Shown: positions 37,739-46,261 of the stretch, one piece after another
How the letters are laid out: the number at the start of each line of letters is the position of its first letter
How positions within the stretch are numbered: the first letter of the stretch is position 1
From: an archaeon
GTDB taxonomy: Archaea > Methanobacteriota_B > Thermococci > Methanofastidiosales > NM3
Assembly (NCBI GenBank): GCA_004212155.1
Contig: RXIG01000013.1
Coordinates: 1-54,671 of the forward strand
DNA length: 54,671 bases
Reading direction: 5' to 3'
Translations under genes and position numbers: made by a program
Notes under the pieces: model-generated
Told to the model about the DNA's origin: nothing
The model's input: the letters and a program-made list of their open reading frames with translations, nothing else
Database searches by the model: none

Positions 37739-38275
37739 ATGAAGGTTATGGACACGATGAAGGATGGAGTCACCAACATATGGTACTCCACGCGAAGTAA
37801 TCTGCCCCTTTCGCGAAGGAAATCCCCCATGGGAAGCATCCTCGTCTCTTCTACACAGTACAGTACCCCCCGTGACAAGTTCTACAAGGGGAGCATTGAA
37901 CGTATGGAGAGCAGGGATCCCAGGATCTCCGAGGAGATGGATGCCATGGTCAAGGAACTCAAGAGTGCCATCACGGTAGACCGGGCCATCTTCGACAAGG
38001 CTGGAACGAAGTATGTGCTCGACACCAGGATGCACTCGAAAAACTTCAGGTACAAGGTCTCCAAGAAGTGGGAGGTAAAGGGCAAGAAGCGAAAACCAGT
38101 GAGCATGTCGATCAAGGCAGTGGGCATGTACACGGAGACGTTCGAAGATGATTGGGACATATCCAACCTGCGCACCTTCGACCTCAAGGAACTTCGCAAG
38201 CTTGGATTGCCTACAAGTACCATCGTGCAGATATATGCGCTCCACCTCCTCACTGAGGACTACATGCGACAGTGA
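37739..38275 (+). CDS. Hypothetical basic protein (178 aa), no family recognised
   Basis: GAGGTGA SD, codon usage like neighbouring genes, T-rich terminator at 38282-38310. Confidence 0.7.
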   Translation: MKVMDTMKDGVTNIWYSTRSNLPLSRRKSPMGSILVSSTQYSTPRDKFYKGSIERMESRDPRISEEMDAMVKELKSAITVDRAIFDKAGTKYVLDTRMHSKNFRYKVSKKWEVKGKKRKPVSMSIKAVGMYTETFEDDWDISNLRTFDLKELRKLGLPTSTIVQIYALHLLTEDYMRQ

Positions 38276-38575
38276 TGTCGCATTCTTCTTTTATTGTTTT
38301 CTTCCTTTTTGTACCTATCGGGGTCGCGCTCGCGACACCCCCTGGTAGATGCCATCCCTTGACAAGCATTGTCGCCATTACTTGTAGAATTGGGGTGCTG
38401 CATCATCGATTTTTTTCATTGCGTGTACGTGGGACCACCACACGCCCTGGGACACGTGTTTAGCGGGTGTCCCGCAGACAGCCTGGGACGAATTCATTGT
38501 CTGTGGTGAACGTCTTTTTCATGCATTCGCCTGAGCTCACCACCCAGGAGTGTTTTATCTACGAGCCTGCATTAC

Positions 38576-38744
38576 CGAAACATTTAAATAGTTGAACAAT
38601 CTTTCAAATATTAGTAATGGGAGTCAGTATACTATTCTTAAAATATAAGATTCATGAAACAGAATCCAAAGGTGTGAAGCGGTGAATAGTATCTATTGCG
38701 ATGTACCGCGTAACGTTGCAAGATGCCGCGAAAACTTTTTAAAT
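38576..38744 (+). promoter_or_regulatory. Two tandem BRE-TATA promoter candidates upstream of the hdr operon
   Basis: CGAAACA-TTTAAATA at 38576-38590 and CGAAAAC-TTTTTAAAT at 38729-38744. Confidence 0.5.
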
Positions 38745-38826
38745 CATGAACGAAAGTACGCTTTAATCGTTTGATTTCTTGTTCAATAGAAAAGAAATTG
38801 TTTGATTTTTCTGGGAGGGAGAAACA

Positions 38827-38958
38827 GTGGAAAACACATTTTGTACCAAAGAAAACAAAATATATGACATTCTTAAGGATAACTCCGTTTTCTCCCTAAT
38901 AAAAAACCTCGCAAGAATAGACGTTGGACGTGAGATTACTACACATTACCGACTCTAG
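38827..38958 (+). CDS. Putative 43-aa small ORF leading the hdr operon
   Basis: GGGAGGGAG SD, then GTG; MENTFCTKENKIYDILKDNSVFSLIKNLARIDVGREITTHYRL; stops 15 nt before hdrA. Confidence 0.35.
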   Translation: MENTFCTKENKIYDILKDNSVFSLIKNLARIDVGREITTHYRL

Positions 38959-38973
38959 TACGAAGGTGAAAAA

Positions 38974-41900
38974 ATGACGGAACACAATGTATCGACATAC
39001 CGTCTTGGATGGAGTGAAAAGATGACTGAAAGCAGTGTACTGGTCATAGGTGCCGGTATCACCGGCATTCAGGCAGCACTGGATCTGGCAGACAAGGGGT
39101 ATTCCGTATATCTTGTCGAGAAATCTCCTTCGATCGGCGGGGCAATGGCCAAGCTTGACAAAACGTTCCCTACGAACGACTGTTCAATGTGCACCCTTGC
39201 TCCCAAAATGGTCGAAACATCGAGACACCCTAATATACATTTATATACATACTCCGAGGTCGTTGGACTTGAGGGTGAGAAAGGGGACTTCACGGCATTG
39301 ATCAAGAAAAAACCCCGATATGTCATTGAAGAGAAATGCACAGGCTGTGGCGACTGTATCGCCAAATGTCCCATTGGAAAGAAGGGCGTGGACAGCGAAT
39401 TCGACCACGGCATGGGAAAGCGTGCAGCCATCTACATTCCATTTGAGCAGGCCTCTCCACTCGTTGCGACCATAGACGAGGAGAGCTGCCTGAAGTTCAA
39501 GACAGGTAAGTGTGGCATATGCCAGAAGGCGTGCCTCGCCGATGCGATCGACTTCGAGCAAGAGGAGGAGATCGAGGAGGTAACGGTGGGCGCTGTCATC
39601 GTTGCCACTGGCTACGATGTGCTCGAACCTACGATGAGGACCGAGTACGGATATGGTAAGTACAAGAACGTGATGACAGCCATTCAGTTCGAGAGGCTGA
39701 TGTCCGCATCAGGCCCTACGATGGGCCATATCAAGCGACCGTCCGATGGCGAGGAGCCACAAAAGATCGGATGGATACAGTGCGTCGGCTCCCGCAGCGA
39801 CAGGTTGGGAAACCCGTACTGTTCACGCGTGTGTTGCATGTACGCCACCAAGGAGGCGCTTGTCACCAAGGAGCACTCGCCACACATCGAACCATACATA
39901 TTTTACATGGACCTTCGTGCTTACGGCAAGGAGTTCGAGGAGTACTACAATCGCGCCGGCGAAACGGGCGTGCACTACATACGAGCACGACCCGCCGAGG
40001 TCTGGGAGGAGGACAACGGCGACATCACCATCAGGTACGAGGACACGTACACGGGAGAGATCAAGGAAGAGACGGTCAACATGCTCGTGCTCTCGTCTGC
40101 CATCGTCCCGGCTCAGTCGAACAAGGAGCTTGCAGAGGCGCTAGGCGTCAATCTTGACGGGAACGGATTCTTCTGCGAGCGCGAGGTCGTGACAGGCCCG
40201 ATGGAGTCCTCACGCCCCGGCGTGTTCCTCGCTGGCTGTTCGCAGTCGCCCAAGGACATCCCCGACTCGGTCGCACAGGCATCTGCCGCGGCGGCGAAGG
40301 TCATGGACATCCTTCCCAAGCCGGAGCGCATTGAAAAGGAAGAGATCGAGGAGACCGAGGTCCCCTCCGACGCTCCGCCACGCATTGGCGTCTTCCTCTG
40401 CAAGTGCGGTAAGAACATCGCGGGATACATGGACATGGACGACTTGATCGAATATGTCAAGACACTCCCCAACGTCGAGCACGCAGATACTCTCATGTTC
40501 GCATGTTCACAGGATGCGCAGGGAAAGATCAAACAGGCCATTGCCGACAGCGACCTCAACAGGGTCGTCGTGGCGGCATGCACACCGCGTACCCATGAGG
40601 GCCTCTTCCAGGACACCATCAGGGAGGTCGGTCTCAACAAGTACCTCTTCGAGATGGCAAACATCAGGAACCAGTGCTCATGGGTCCATTCCAACGATTC
40701 CAAGACGGCGACCGAGAAGGCAAAGGAGCTCGTGCGCATGTCGGTAGCCAAGTCACGCCTGCTCGAGGCGCTCTCGCAGGGCGAGATCGATGTCGAAGGT
40801 TCGGCTGTCGTCATCGGCGGCGGCATCTCCGGCATGAACGCAGCGCTGGCGCTCGCCGAGGCGGGCATCAAGGTATCGATCATCGAGAAGAGCGACAAGC
40901 TCGGCGGCATGCTCAACAATCTCACGACGCTCTACCCGAGCGACGTCAAGGCACAGGATGTCGTCGACGAGATGGCCAAGATGGTCAATGAGAACGAGAA
41001 TGTCACCGTCTACTACAACACATACCCCGAGGACATCGAGGGATACATCGGTAACTTCAATGTCAAGCTCAAGGACCACGAGGACACCTTGCATGCCGGT
41101 ACGCTCATCATCGCCACTGGCACCGAGCCCATCGATGCGACGGGTCTTTACAACTACGAGAACAGCGACAAGATCATCACACAGGTCGAGCTCGAGGAGA
41201 TGCTCAAGAACGGCACCTTCCCCAAGGACGTAAAGGAAATCGCAATGATATCCTGTGTCGGGTCACGTGAGGACACGGGCCGTACCTACTGCTGCCGTGT
41301 TGGATGTGGCACGATGCTGCGCAACTCCAAGGCGATCAAGAAGCTCTCTCCAGACACGGAGGTCTTCGTCCTGTTCAGGGACATGCGCTCGTTTGGCAAG
41401 AACGAGGAGGAGTACTACGTCGACGTTCAGGAGAACTACGGCGTGAAGTTCCTCAGATACGAAAAGGACCAGAAACCACAGGTCGACGTCGAGGGCGACA
41501 AGCTCGTGCTCACAGTGCACGACATGCTCCTTGGCGAGGATCTTGAGCTCGAACCCGACATGATCGTGCTCACGACGCCCACCGAGGGCAAGAACGCCGA
41601 GCTCGCCCAGATGCTCAAGGTGCCTGTTTCCGGCTCTGGCGGTTTCTTCATGGAGGCACACGCCAAGATACGACCGCTCGACTTCGCGACCGACGGCATC
41701 TATGTCTGCGGATGCGCACACGCGCCCAAGGGTGTGGCCGATGCGCTCGCACAGGCCATCGGCGCGGCATCACGCGCGGCCGTTCCCATCTTCGAGGAGC
41801 GCGTCAAGGGCGAGGCCATCGTAAGCAGCGTCGACCCGGACAAGTGCATCGGTTGCGGCATATGCGCAAGCCTGTGCCCGTATGGTGCCATCGAGGTCGT

Positions 41901-42054
41901 CGAAGGAAAGGCCGAGTCGAACAAAGCATTGTGCAAGGGCTGTGGCACATGTGCATCAGCATGCCCGCAGTTCGCCATCAAGATGCCGCATTACACCGAT
42001 GTCCAGATCGTTGAACAGATCAGGGCTGCCTGCAACAAGGCGGGGGGTGCGTAA
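38974..42054 (+). CDS. hdrA: Tandem (double-FAD) HdrA-like flavo-iron-sulfur protein
   Basis: VLVIGAGITG, LDKTFPTNDCSMC, ferredoxin insert, CVGSR...CSRVCC; then the HdrA N-domain (RIGVFLCKCG, CTPRTHE, NIRNQCSWVH); second VIGGGISG; C-terminal two-[4Fe-4S] domain. Alternative ATG at 39022. Confidence 0.92.
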   Translation: MTEHNVSTYRLGWSEKMTESSVLVIGAGITGIQAALDLADKGYSVYLVEKSPSIGGAMAKLDKTFPTNDCSMCTLAPKMVETSRHPNIHLYTYSEVVGLEGEKGDFTALIKKKPRYVIEEKCTGCGDCIAKCPIGKKGVDSEFDHGMGKRAAIYIPFEQASPLVATIDEESCLKFKTGKCGICQKACLADAIDFEQEEEIEEVTVGAVIVATGYDVLEPTMRTEYGYGKYKNVMTAIQFERLMSASGPTMGHIKRPSDGEEPQKIGWIQCVGSRSDRLGNPYCSRVCCMYATKEALVTKEHSPHIEPYIFYMDLRAYGKEFEEYYNRAGETGVHYIRARPAEVWEEDNGDITIRYEDTYTGEIKEETVNMLVLSSAIVPAQSNKELAEALGVNLDGNGFFCEREVVTGPMESSRPGVFLAGCSQSPKDIPDSVAQASAAAAKVMDILPKPERIEKEEIEETEVPSDAPPRIGVFLCKCGKNIAGYMDMDDLIEYVKTLPNVEHADTLMFACSQDAQGKIKQAIADSDLNRVVVAACTPRTHEGLFQDTIREVGLNKYLFEMANIRNQCSWVHSNDSKTATEKAKELVRMSVAKSRLLEALSQGEIDVEGSAVVIGGGISGMNAALALAEAGIKVSIIEKSDKLGGMLNNLTTLYPSDVKAQDVVDEMAKMVNENENVTVYYNTYPEDIEGYIGNFNVKLKDHEDTLHAGTLIIATGTEPIDATGLYNYENSDKIITQVELEEMLKNGTFPKDVKEIAMISCVGSREDTGRTYCCRVGCGTMLRNSKAIKKLSPDTEVFVLFRDMRSFGKNEEEYYVDVQENYGVKFLRYEKDQKPQVDVEGDKLVLTVHDMLLGEDLELEPDMIVLTTPTEGKNAELAQMLKVPVSGSGGFFMEAHAKIRPLDFATDGIYVCGCAHAPKGVADALAQAIGAASRAAVPIFEERVKGEAIVSSVDPDKCIGCGICASLCPYGAIEVVEGKAESNKALCKGCGTCASACPQFAIKMPHYTDVQIVEQIRAACNKAGGA

Positions 42055-42057
42055 GAT

Positions 42058-42807
42058 ATGGCTGAAGAAGAGAAGTTTGAACCAAAGATCGTAGCATTCA
42101 CGTGCAACTGGTGTTCATACGCAGGTGCCGACCTTGCCGGTACCTCCCGTATACAGTATGCCCCCAACTTCAGGGTCATACGCGTCATGTGTTCGGGCAG
42201 GGTGGAACCAACCTACATCCTCGAGGCACTGCAAAACGGTGCCGACGGCGTGTGTGTGCTTGGTTGCCATTTTGGCGACTGCCACTACATCAGCGGTAAC
42301 TACGAGGCGAAACGAAGGATGGAACTGCTCACCAAGCTGTTCCGCGACACCGGAATGGACGAGCGCAGGATCATGATCGAATGGGTCTCCGCCTCGGAGG
42401 GTGAGCGATTCGCAGAGGTCGTCAACGACTTCACGGAACAGATACGTGATCTGGGACCTTTGCCTGAAGATTACCAAGAGAAACTCTCTCTCATCAAGGG
42501 AGCACTCGAAGCAGAACGACTGAGGATCGTGCTCGGCTCGACCAAGCGCGCCTTTGCAAGCGGCGGTGTCGAGGAGGAACGCTACAACGAGGCCCTCTAT
42601 ACCATCGCAAAGGAGGAGATCGAACGGGTCTTGCTCCTCGAGGCACTAGAAAAGAACGGACCAAGCATCGTTCCCGAACTTGCTGAGTACGTCGGTGTCC
42701 CGAAGACGCGCATCTGGAGACACATCCTCGCCATGACGATGAAAAACATCATCGAGGTCGTCGGAGAGAGGGACCACTACATGGAGTACCAGAGGAGGGG
42801 TCAGTAA
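42058..42807 (+). CDS. mvhD: MvhD/FlpD [2Fe-2S] subunit fused to a C-terminal helical/winged-HTH-like domain
   Basis: [38 protein letters not shown]; about 115 extra aa ending in [30 protein letters not shown]. Confidence 0.9.
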   Translation: MAEEEKFEPKIVAFTCNWCSYAGADLAGTSRIQYAPNFRVIRVMCSGRVEPTYILEALQNGADGVCVLGCHFGDCHYISGNYEAKRRMELLTKLFRDTGMDERRIMIEWVSASEGERFAEVVNDFTEQIRDLGPLPEDYQEKLSLIKGALEAERLRIVLGSTKRAFASGGVEEERYNEALYTIAKEEIERVLLLEALEKNGPSIVPELAEYVGVPKTRIWRHILAMTMKNIIEVVGERDHYMEYQRRGQ

Positions 42808-43976
42808 TGGCCATCAAACAAGATGAGATGGACTTGGAGTTCTCCAAGAAGCTTGCCAAGGAGATTGGAGACAGCTTCCAGAAATGCTTTCAGTGTGGTA
42901 CGTGCACCGCACGCTGCCCGGCCGGCAACGTTTCACAGTACCGAGTACGAAAGCTCATGAGAATGGCCCAGCTCGGTCTCAAGGAACGCATATTCGACTC
43001 AGACGAGATATGGAACTGCACGACATGCTCGACATGCAAGATACTTTGTCCATGGGGCGTCGACACCGTTTCAACGATCCTGCGACTGCGTGCAGAGGCG
43101 GTCGATGCAGGCCACGAGAACAAGAAGCACGACCCGTTGGTCAAGAGCCTGCAAAGCTATGACAATCCCTGGTTGCAGCCTCGCTCTGCCAGGCGCAAGT
43201 GGTACAAGAAGCTCGATAACGTCGTCGACCTCTCGAAGAAACCGGGAGAGGCCGATGTGCTCTACTATGTCGGATGCACGGCAACGTTCGACCCGCGGCT
43301 GTGGAACATGGCGCAAAGCGTCGTCAAGGTCCTCGCCAAGGCGGGCATCACCGTCGGTGTGCTCGGCAAGGAGGAGAAGTGCTGTGGCGGCACCGTGCGC
43401 GGTGTTGGCCACCCTGACATCTTCGAAGGTCTTGCCAAGCGCAACATCGAGGACTTCAACAATTCTGGGGTCGACACGATTATATTCTCGTGTCCGGGTT
43501 GTCTCAACACGGTCATGAACGCTTACAAGGACATAGGCGAGATAAAGCCTCGAATGGTCCATGTCGTCGAGTACGTTGCCGAACTCTTAGAGAAAGGCAA
43601 GCTCAAGCTCGACAAGGACGTCGGAAGGATCATCACCTATCACGATCCATGCCACCTTGGCAAGCATTGTGAGGTATTCGATCCGCCACGGGATATCCTC
43701 AAGGCCATCCCAGGCGTCGAGTTCAAGGAGATGGACTTCATACGCGAGAACTCATGGTGCTGCGGCGCCGGCGGCGGCGTCAAGACCGCATACCCCGACC
43801 GTGCGACCGAGCTTGCTTCAAACAGGCTCAAGGAGGCCGAGGATACCGGTGCGGACACCATCACGAGCGCATGTTCATTCTGTTATCAGAACTTGCTTGA
43901 CGGCATAAAGCAGAGCGACTCGAAGTTAGAAATGAAGGATATAATGGAAATCGTTGCGGAGGCGATTGAAGAATGA
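42807..43976 (+). CDS. HdrD-like Fe-S oxidoreductase (HdrC-type ferredoxin plus CCG domains)
   Basis: CFQCGTCTARCP, CTTCSTCKILCP, YYVGC, CCGG, CPGC, YHDPCHLG, CCGAGGG, CSFC. Confidence 0.9.
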   Translation: MAIKQDEMDLEFSKKLAKEIGDSFQKCFQCGTCTARCPAGNVSQYRVRKLMRMAQLGLKERIFDSDEIWNCTTCSTCKILCPWGVDTVSTILRLRAEAVDAGHENKKHDPLVKSLQSYDNPWLQPRSARRKWYKKLDNVVDLSKKPGEADVLYYVGCTATFDPRLWNMAQSVVKVLAKAGITVGVLGKEEKCCGGTVRGVGHPDIFEGLAKRNIEDFNNSGVDTIIFSCPGCLNTVMNAYKDIGEIKPRMVHVVEYVAELLEKGKLKLDKDVGRIITYHDPCHLGKHCEVFDPPRDILKAIPGVEFKEMDFIRENSWCCGAGGGVKTAYPDRATELASNRLKEAEDTGADTITSACSFCYQNLLDGIKQSDSKLEMKDIMEIVAEAIEE

Positions 43977-46261
43977 TTGGCGTTTTCATCTGCTTTTGCG
44001 GTAACAACATCGGTGGTTACATTGATGTGCAGCAACTCACCGACTACTTCAACGAGGAGTATCCAGCGGACGATGTTGTAGCATTCAACACCACCTTCCT
44101 CTGTTCAGAGATTGGACAGGACTTAATAAAAGAAAAGATAGAGGAGCTCAATCTTGACGCCGTCGTGATCGCGTCATGCTCACCCAAGCACCACGGTGCA
44201 ATCTTCCAGGCCTGCATAGGCGAGAAGATGAACCAGTACCGCTGGGAGTTCGCAAACATTAGGGAACAATGTGCATGGGTGACACCGAACAAGAAGAATG
44301 CCACCGAGAAGGCCAAGGCGATTATCAGCGGCGCCATAGAAAAGTCACGACTGCTCGAGGACATCGGGTCGACGCGCGTACCCGTTACCAAGGATATCCT
44401 CGTCATTGGCGGGGGAATTACAGGCATGCACGCTGCGCTTGAGCTCTCTGCCAAGGGTTTCCATGTGCATCTCGTTGAGAAGAAGGAGACTGTTGGCGGT
44501 AACATGGTGCGCTTCGACAGGGTATTTCCCACTGATGACTGTGCCATGTGCACCAGCTCTCCGATACTTGCCGAGGTCGCCATGGACCCGCTTATTGACA
44601 TCTACTCCCTTTCCGAGGTCACCGAGGTCAAGGGTCGACCTGGCGAGTACGATGTGACCGTCGTGAAGCAACCGCGCTACATCGACGAGACGAAGTGTAC
44701 GGCGTGTGGCGACTGCACAGCCCACTGTCCCGTGGAGGTATGGAGCGAGTGGGACGAGGGCATGGGCCTACGTGCCGCCACCTACAAGCCGATGGCACAG
44801 GCAGTGCCGCTCAAGAACAGGATCAACATGGACTCGTGCATACGCTGCGGCACATGCGAGAACGTATGCAAGGCCGAGGCGGTCATGTACAACGAGGAGC
44901 CAAAGGAGTTCACTATGAAGGTCGGCGCGATACTCGTCGCGACGGGCTATGAGCTCATCGACCTCAAGAACACCGAGTACCACCAGGAGCACCCCAACGT
45001 GATCAGCGGCCTGCAGCTCGAGCGATTGAAGGTCCCTTCAGGCCCGACGGCCGGCGAGATACTACGGCCTTCAGACGGCAAGATGCCAAAACATCTTGTA
45101 TTCGTTCAGTGCGCGGGTTCGCGAGACCGGCGCTACAACGTCTATTGCTCGAAGATTTGCTGCATGTATGCGACTAAGAACGCGCGACTCATCAAGTCCG
45201 AGAACCCCGACATGAAGATAAGCATTTGTTATATCGACATGCGTACCGCTGGACGCGGGTATGAGGAGTTCTTTGACAAGGCTCGTGAGATGGGAATCAA
45301 CTATATACGTGGCAATGTGTCAGAGATTGTTCCTGACGGAGAGGACCTCATCCTTAAGGTCGAGGACACGTTCACAAGCGAACCCCTTGACCTCAAGGCG
45401 GATCTCGTCGTGCTCTCAAGTGGCCTCATACCCTCGCAGGGGACCAAGGACGTGGCAAGCACGATACACCTTGTCTCAGGTGCCGATGGCTTCCTTGCAC
45501 CTGTGCACGTCAAGATCGCTCCGGTAGACACTGCTACGAAAGGCATATTCATCGGTGGCACGACCGAGGCACCAAAGCCTATTCAGGAATGTATCACCGA
45601 TGCAGGCCTTGTAGCTTCGCGTATTGCTTCGTTCCTCAAGGACGACGATATCGAGATTGATCTCACGACATCAAAGATTAATCCCGAGATATGTATCAAG
45701 TGCGGTACATGCGCCGAGAACTGCGTCTACGACGCTATCGACACCACTGGCGAGAACTACGAGGTGCTCGACGTGTCGTGCATGGCGTGCGGCAAGTGCT
45801 CGGTCACATGCCCCACCAACGCTATCGACCTATCGCTCTACACTGAGGACCAGGTTATCAAGCAGATCGACGGTATCCTTGCGGAGGACCCTGATAGCAT
45901 CATCGGGTTCTCGTGCTACCAGTGCGGCTACAACGCAGCGGATCTCGCAGGCACTGCAAAATCGTTCATCGACCCCAAGATCAAGGTCGTGCTCGTACCC
46001 TGTTCGGGACGTGTCACGATGCAGCATATGCTCTATCCCTTCTTCAAGGGTGCACGGGGTGTATTTCTCGCTGCATGCCTTGAGGGGCAGTGCCACTACA
46101 TCGATGGCAATCTGCAGGCAAAGGAGAAGGTGAAGCTTGCCAAGAAGGCGCTTGACGTCATGGGCGTCGGCGGCCACAAGCTCAACCTCTTCAACATGTC
46201 CTCTGCAGAAGGGCCTAAATTTGTCGCAGCTGCGAAGAGGATGGTGGAAATATGCCAGTAG
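43973..46261 (+). CDS. hdrA: HdrA-MvhD fusion protein
   Basis: IGVFICFCG, NIREQCAW, VIGGGITG, FPTDDCAMC, CAGSR...CSKICC, ferredoxins; C-terminal MvhD (CYQCGYNAAD, PCSGR, CLEGQCHY). Confidence 0.92.
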   Translation: MIGVFICFCGNNIGGYIDVQQLTDYFNEEYPADDVVAFNTTFLCSEIGQDLIKEKIEELNLDAVVIASCSPKHHGAIFQACIGEKMNQYRWEFANIREQCAWVTPNKKNATEKAKAIISGAIEKSRLLEDIGSTRVPVTKDILVIGGGITGMHAALELSAKGFHVHLVEKKETVGGNMVRFDRVFPTDDCAMCTSSPILAEVAMDPLIDIYSLSEVTEVKGRPGEYDVTVVKQPRYIDETKCTACGDCTAHCPVEVWSEWDEGMGLRAATYKPMAQAVPLKNRINMDSCIRCGTCENVCKAEAVMYNEEPKEFTMKVGAILVATGYELIDLKNTEYHQEHPNVISGLQLERLKVPSGPTAGEILRPSDGKMPKHLVFVQCAGSRDRRYNVYCSKICCMYATKNARLIKSENPDMKISICYIDMRTAGRGYEEFFDKAREMGINYIRGNVSEIVPDGEDLILKVEDTFTSEPLDLKADLVVLSSGLIPSQGTKDVASTIHLVSGADGFLAPVHVKIAPVDTATKGIFIGGTTEAPKPIQECITDAGLVASRIASFLKDDDIEIDLTTSKINPEICIKCGTCAENCVYDAIDTTGENYEVLDVSCMACGKCSVTCPTNAIDLSLYTEDQVIKQIDGILAEDPDSIIGFSCYQCGYNAADLAGTAKSFIDPKIKVVLVPCSGRVTMQHMLYPFFKGARGVFLAACLEGQCHYIDGNLQAKEKVKLAKKALDVMGVGGHKLNLFNMSSAEGPKFVAAAKRMVEICQ

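Noticed and set aside
37376-37739. SRP RNA, RNase P RNA, fluoride or cobalamin riboswitch in this spacer
   Set aside because: Diagnostic motifs (SRP helix 8, RNase P P4 strands, crcB consensus, B12 box) were not found by eye on either strand; kept only as an unassigned structured leader.
38310-38570. GC-rich hairpins (GGGTCGCG/CGCGACACCC; GGGACAC/GTGTCCC at 38449-38473) as an sRNA or MITE
   Set aside because: Short stems with no promoter, terminal repeats, target duplication or second copy in the window.
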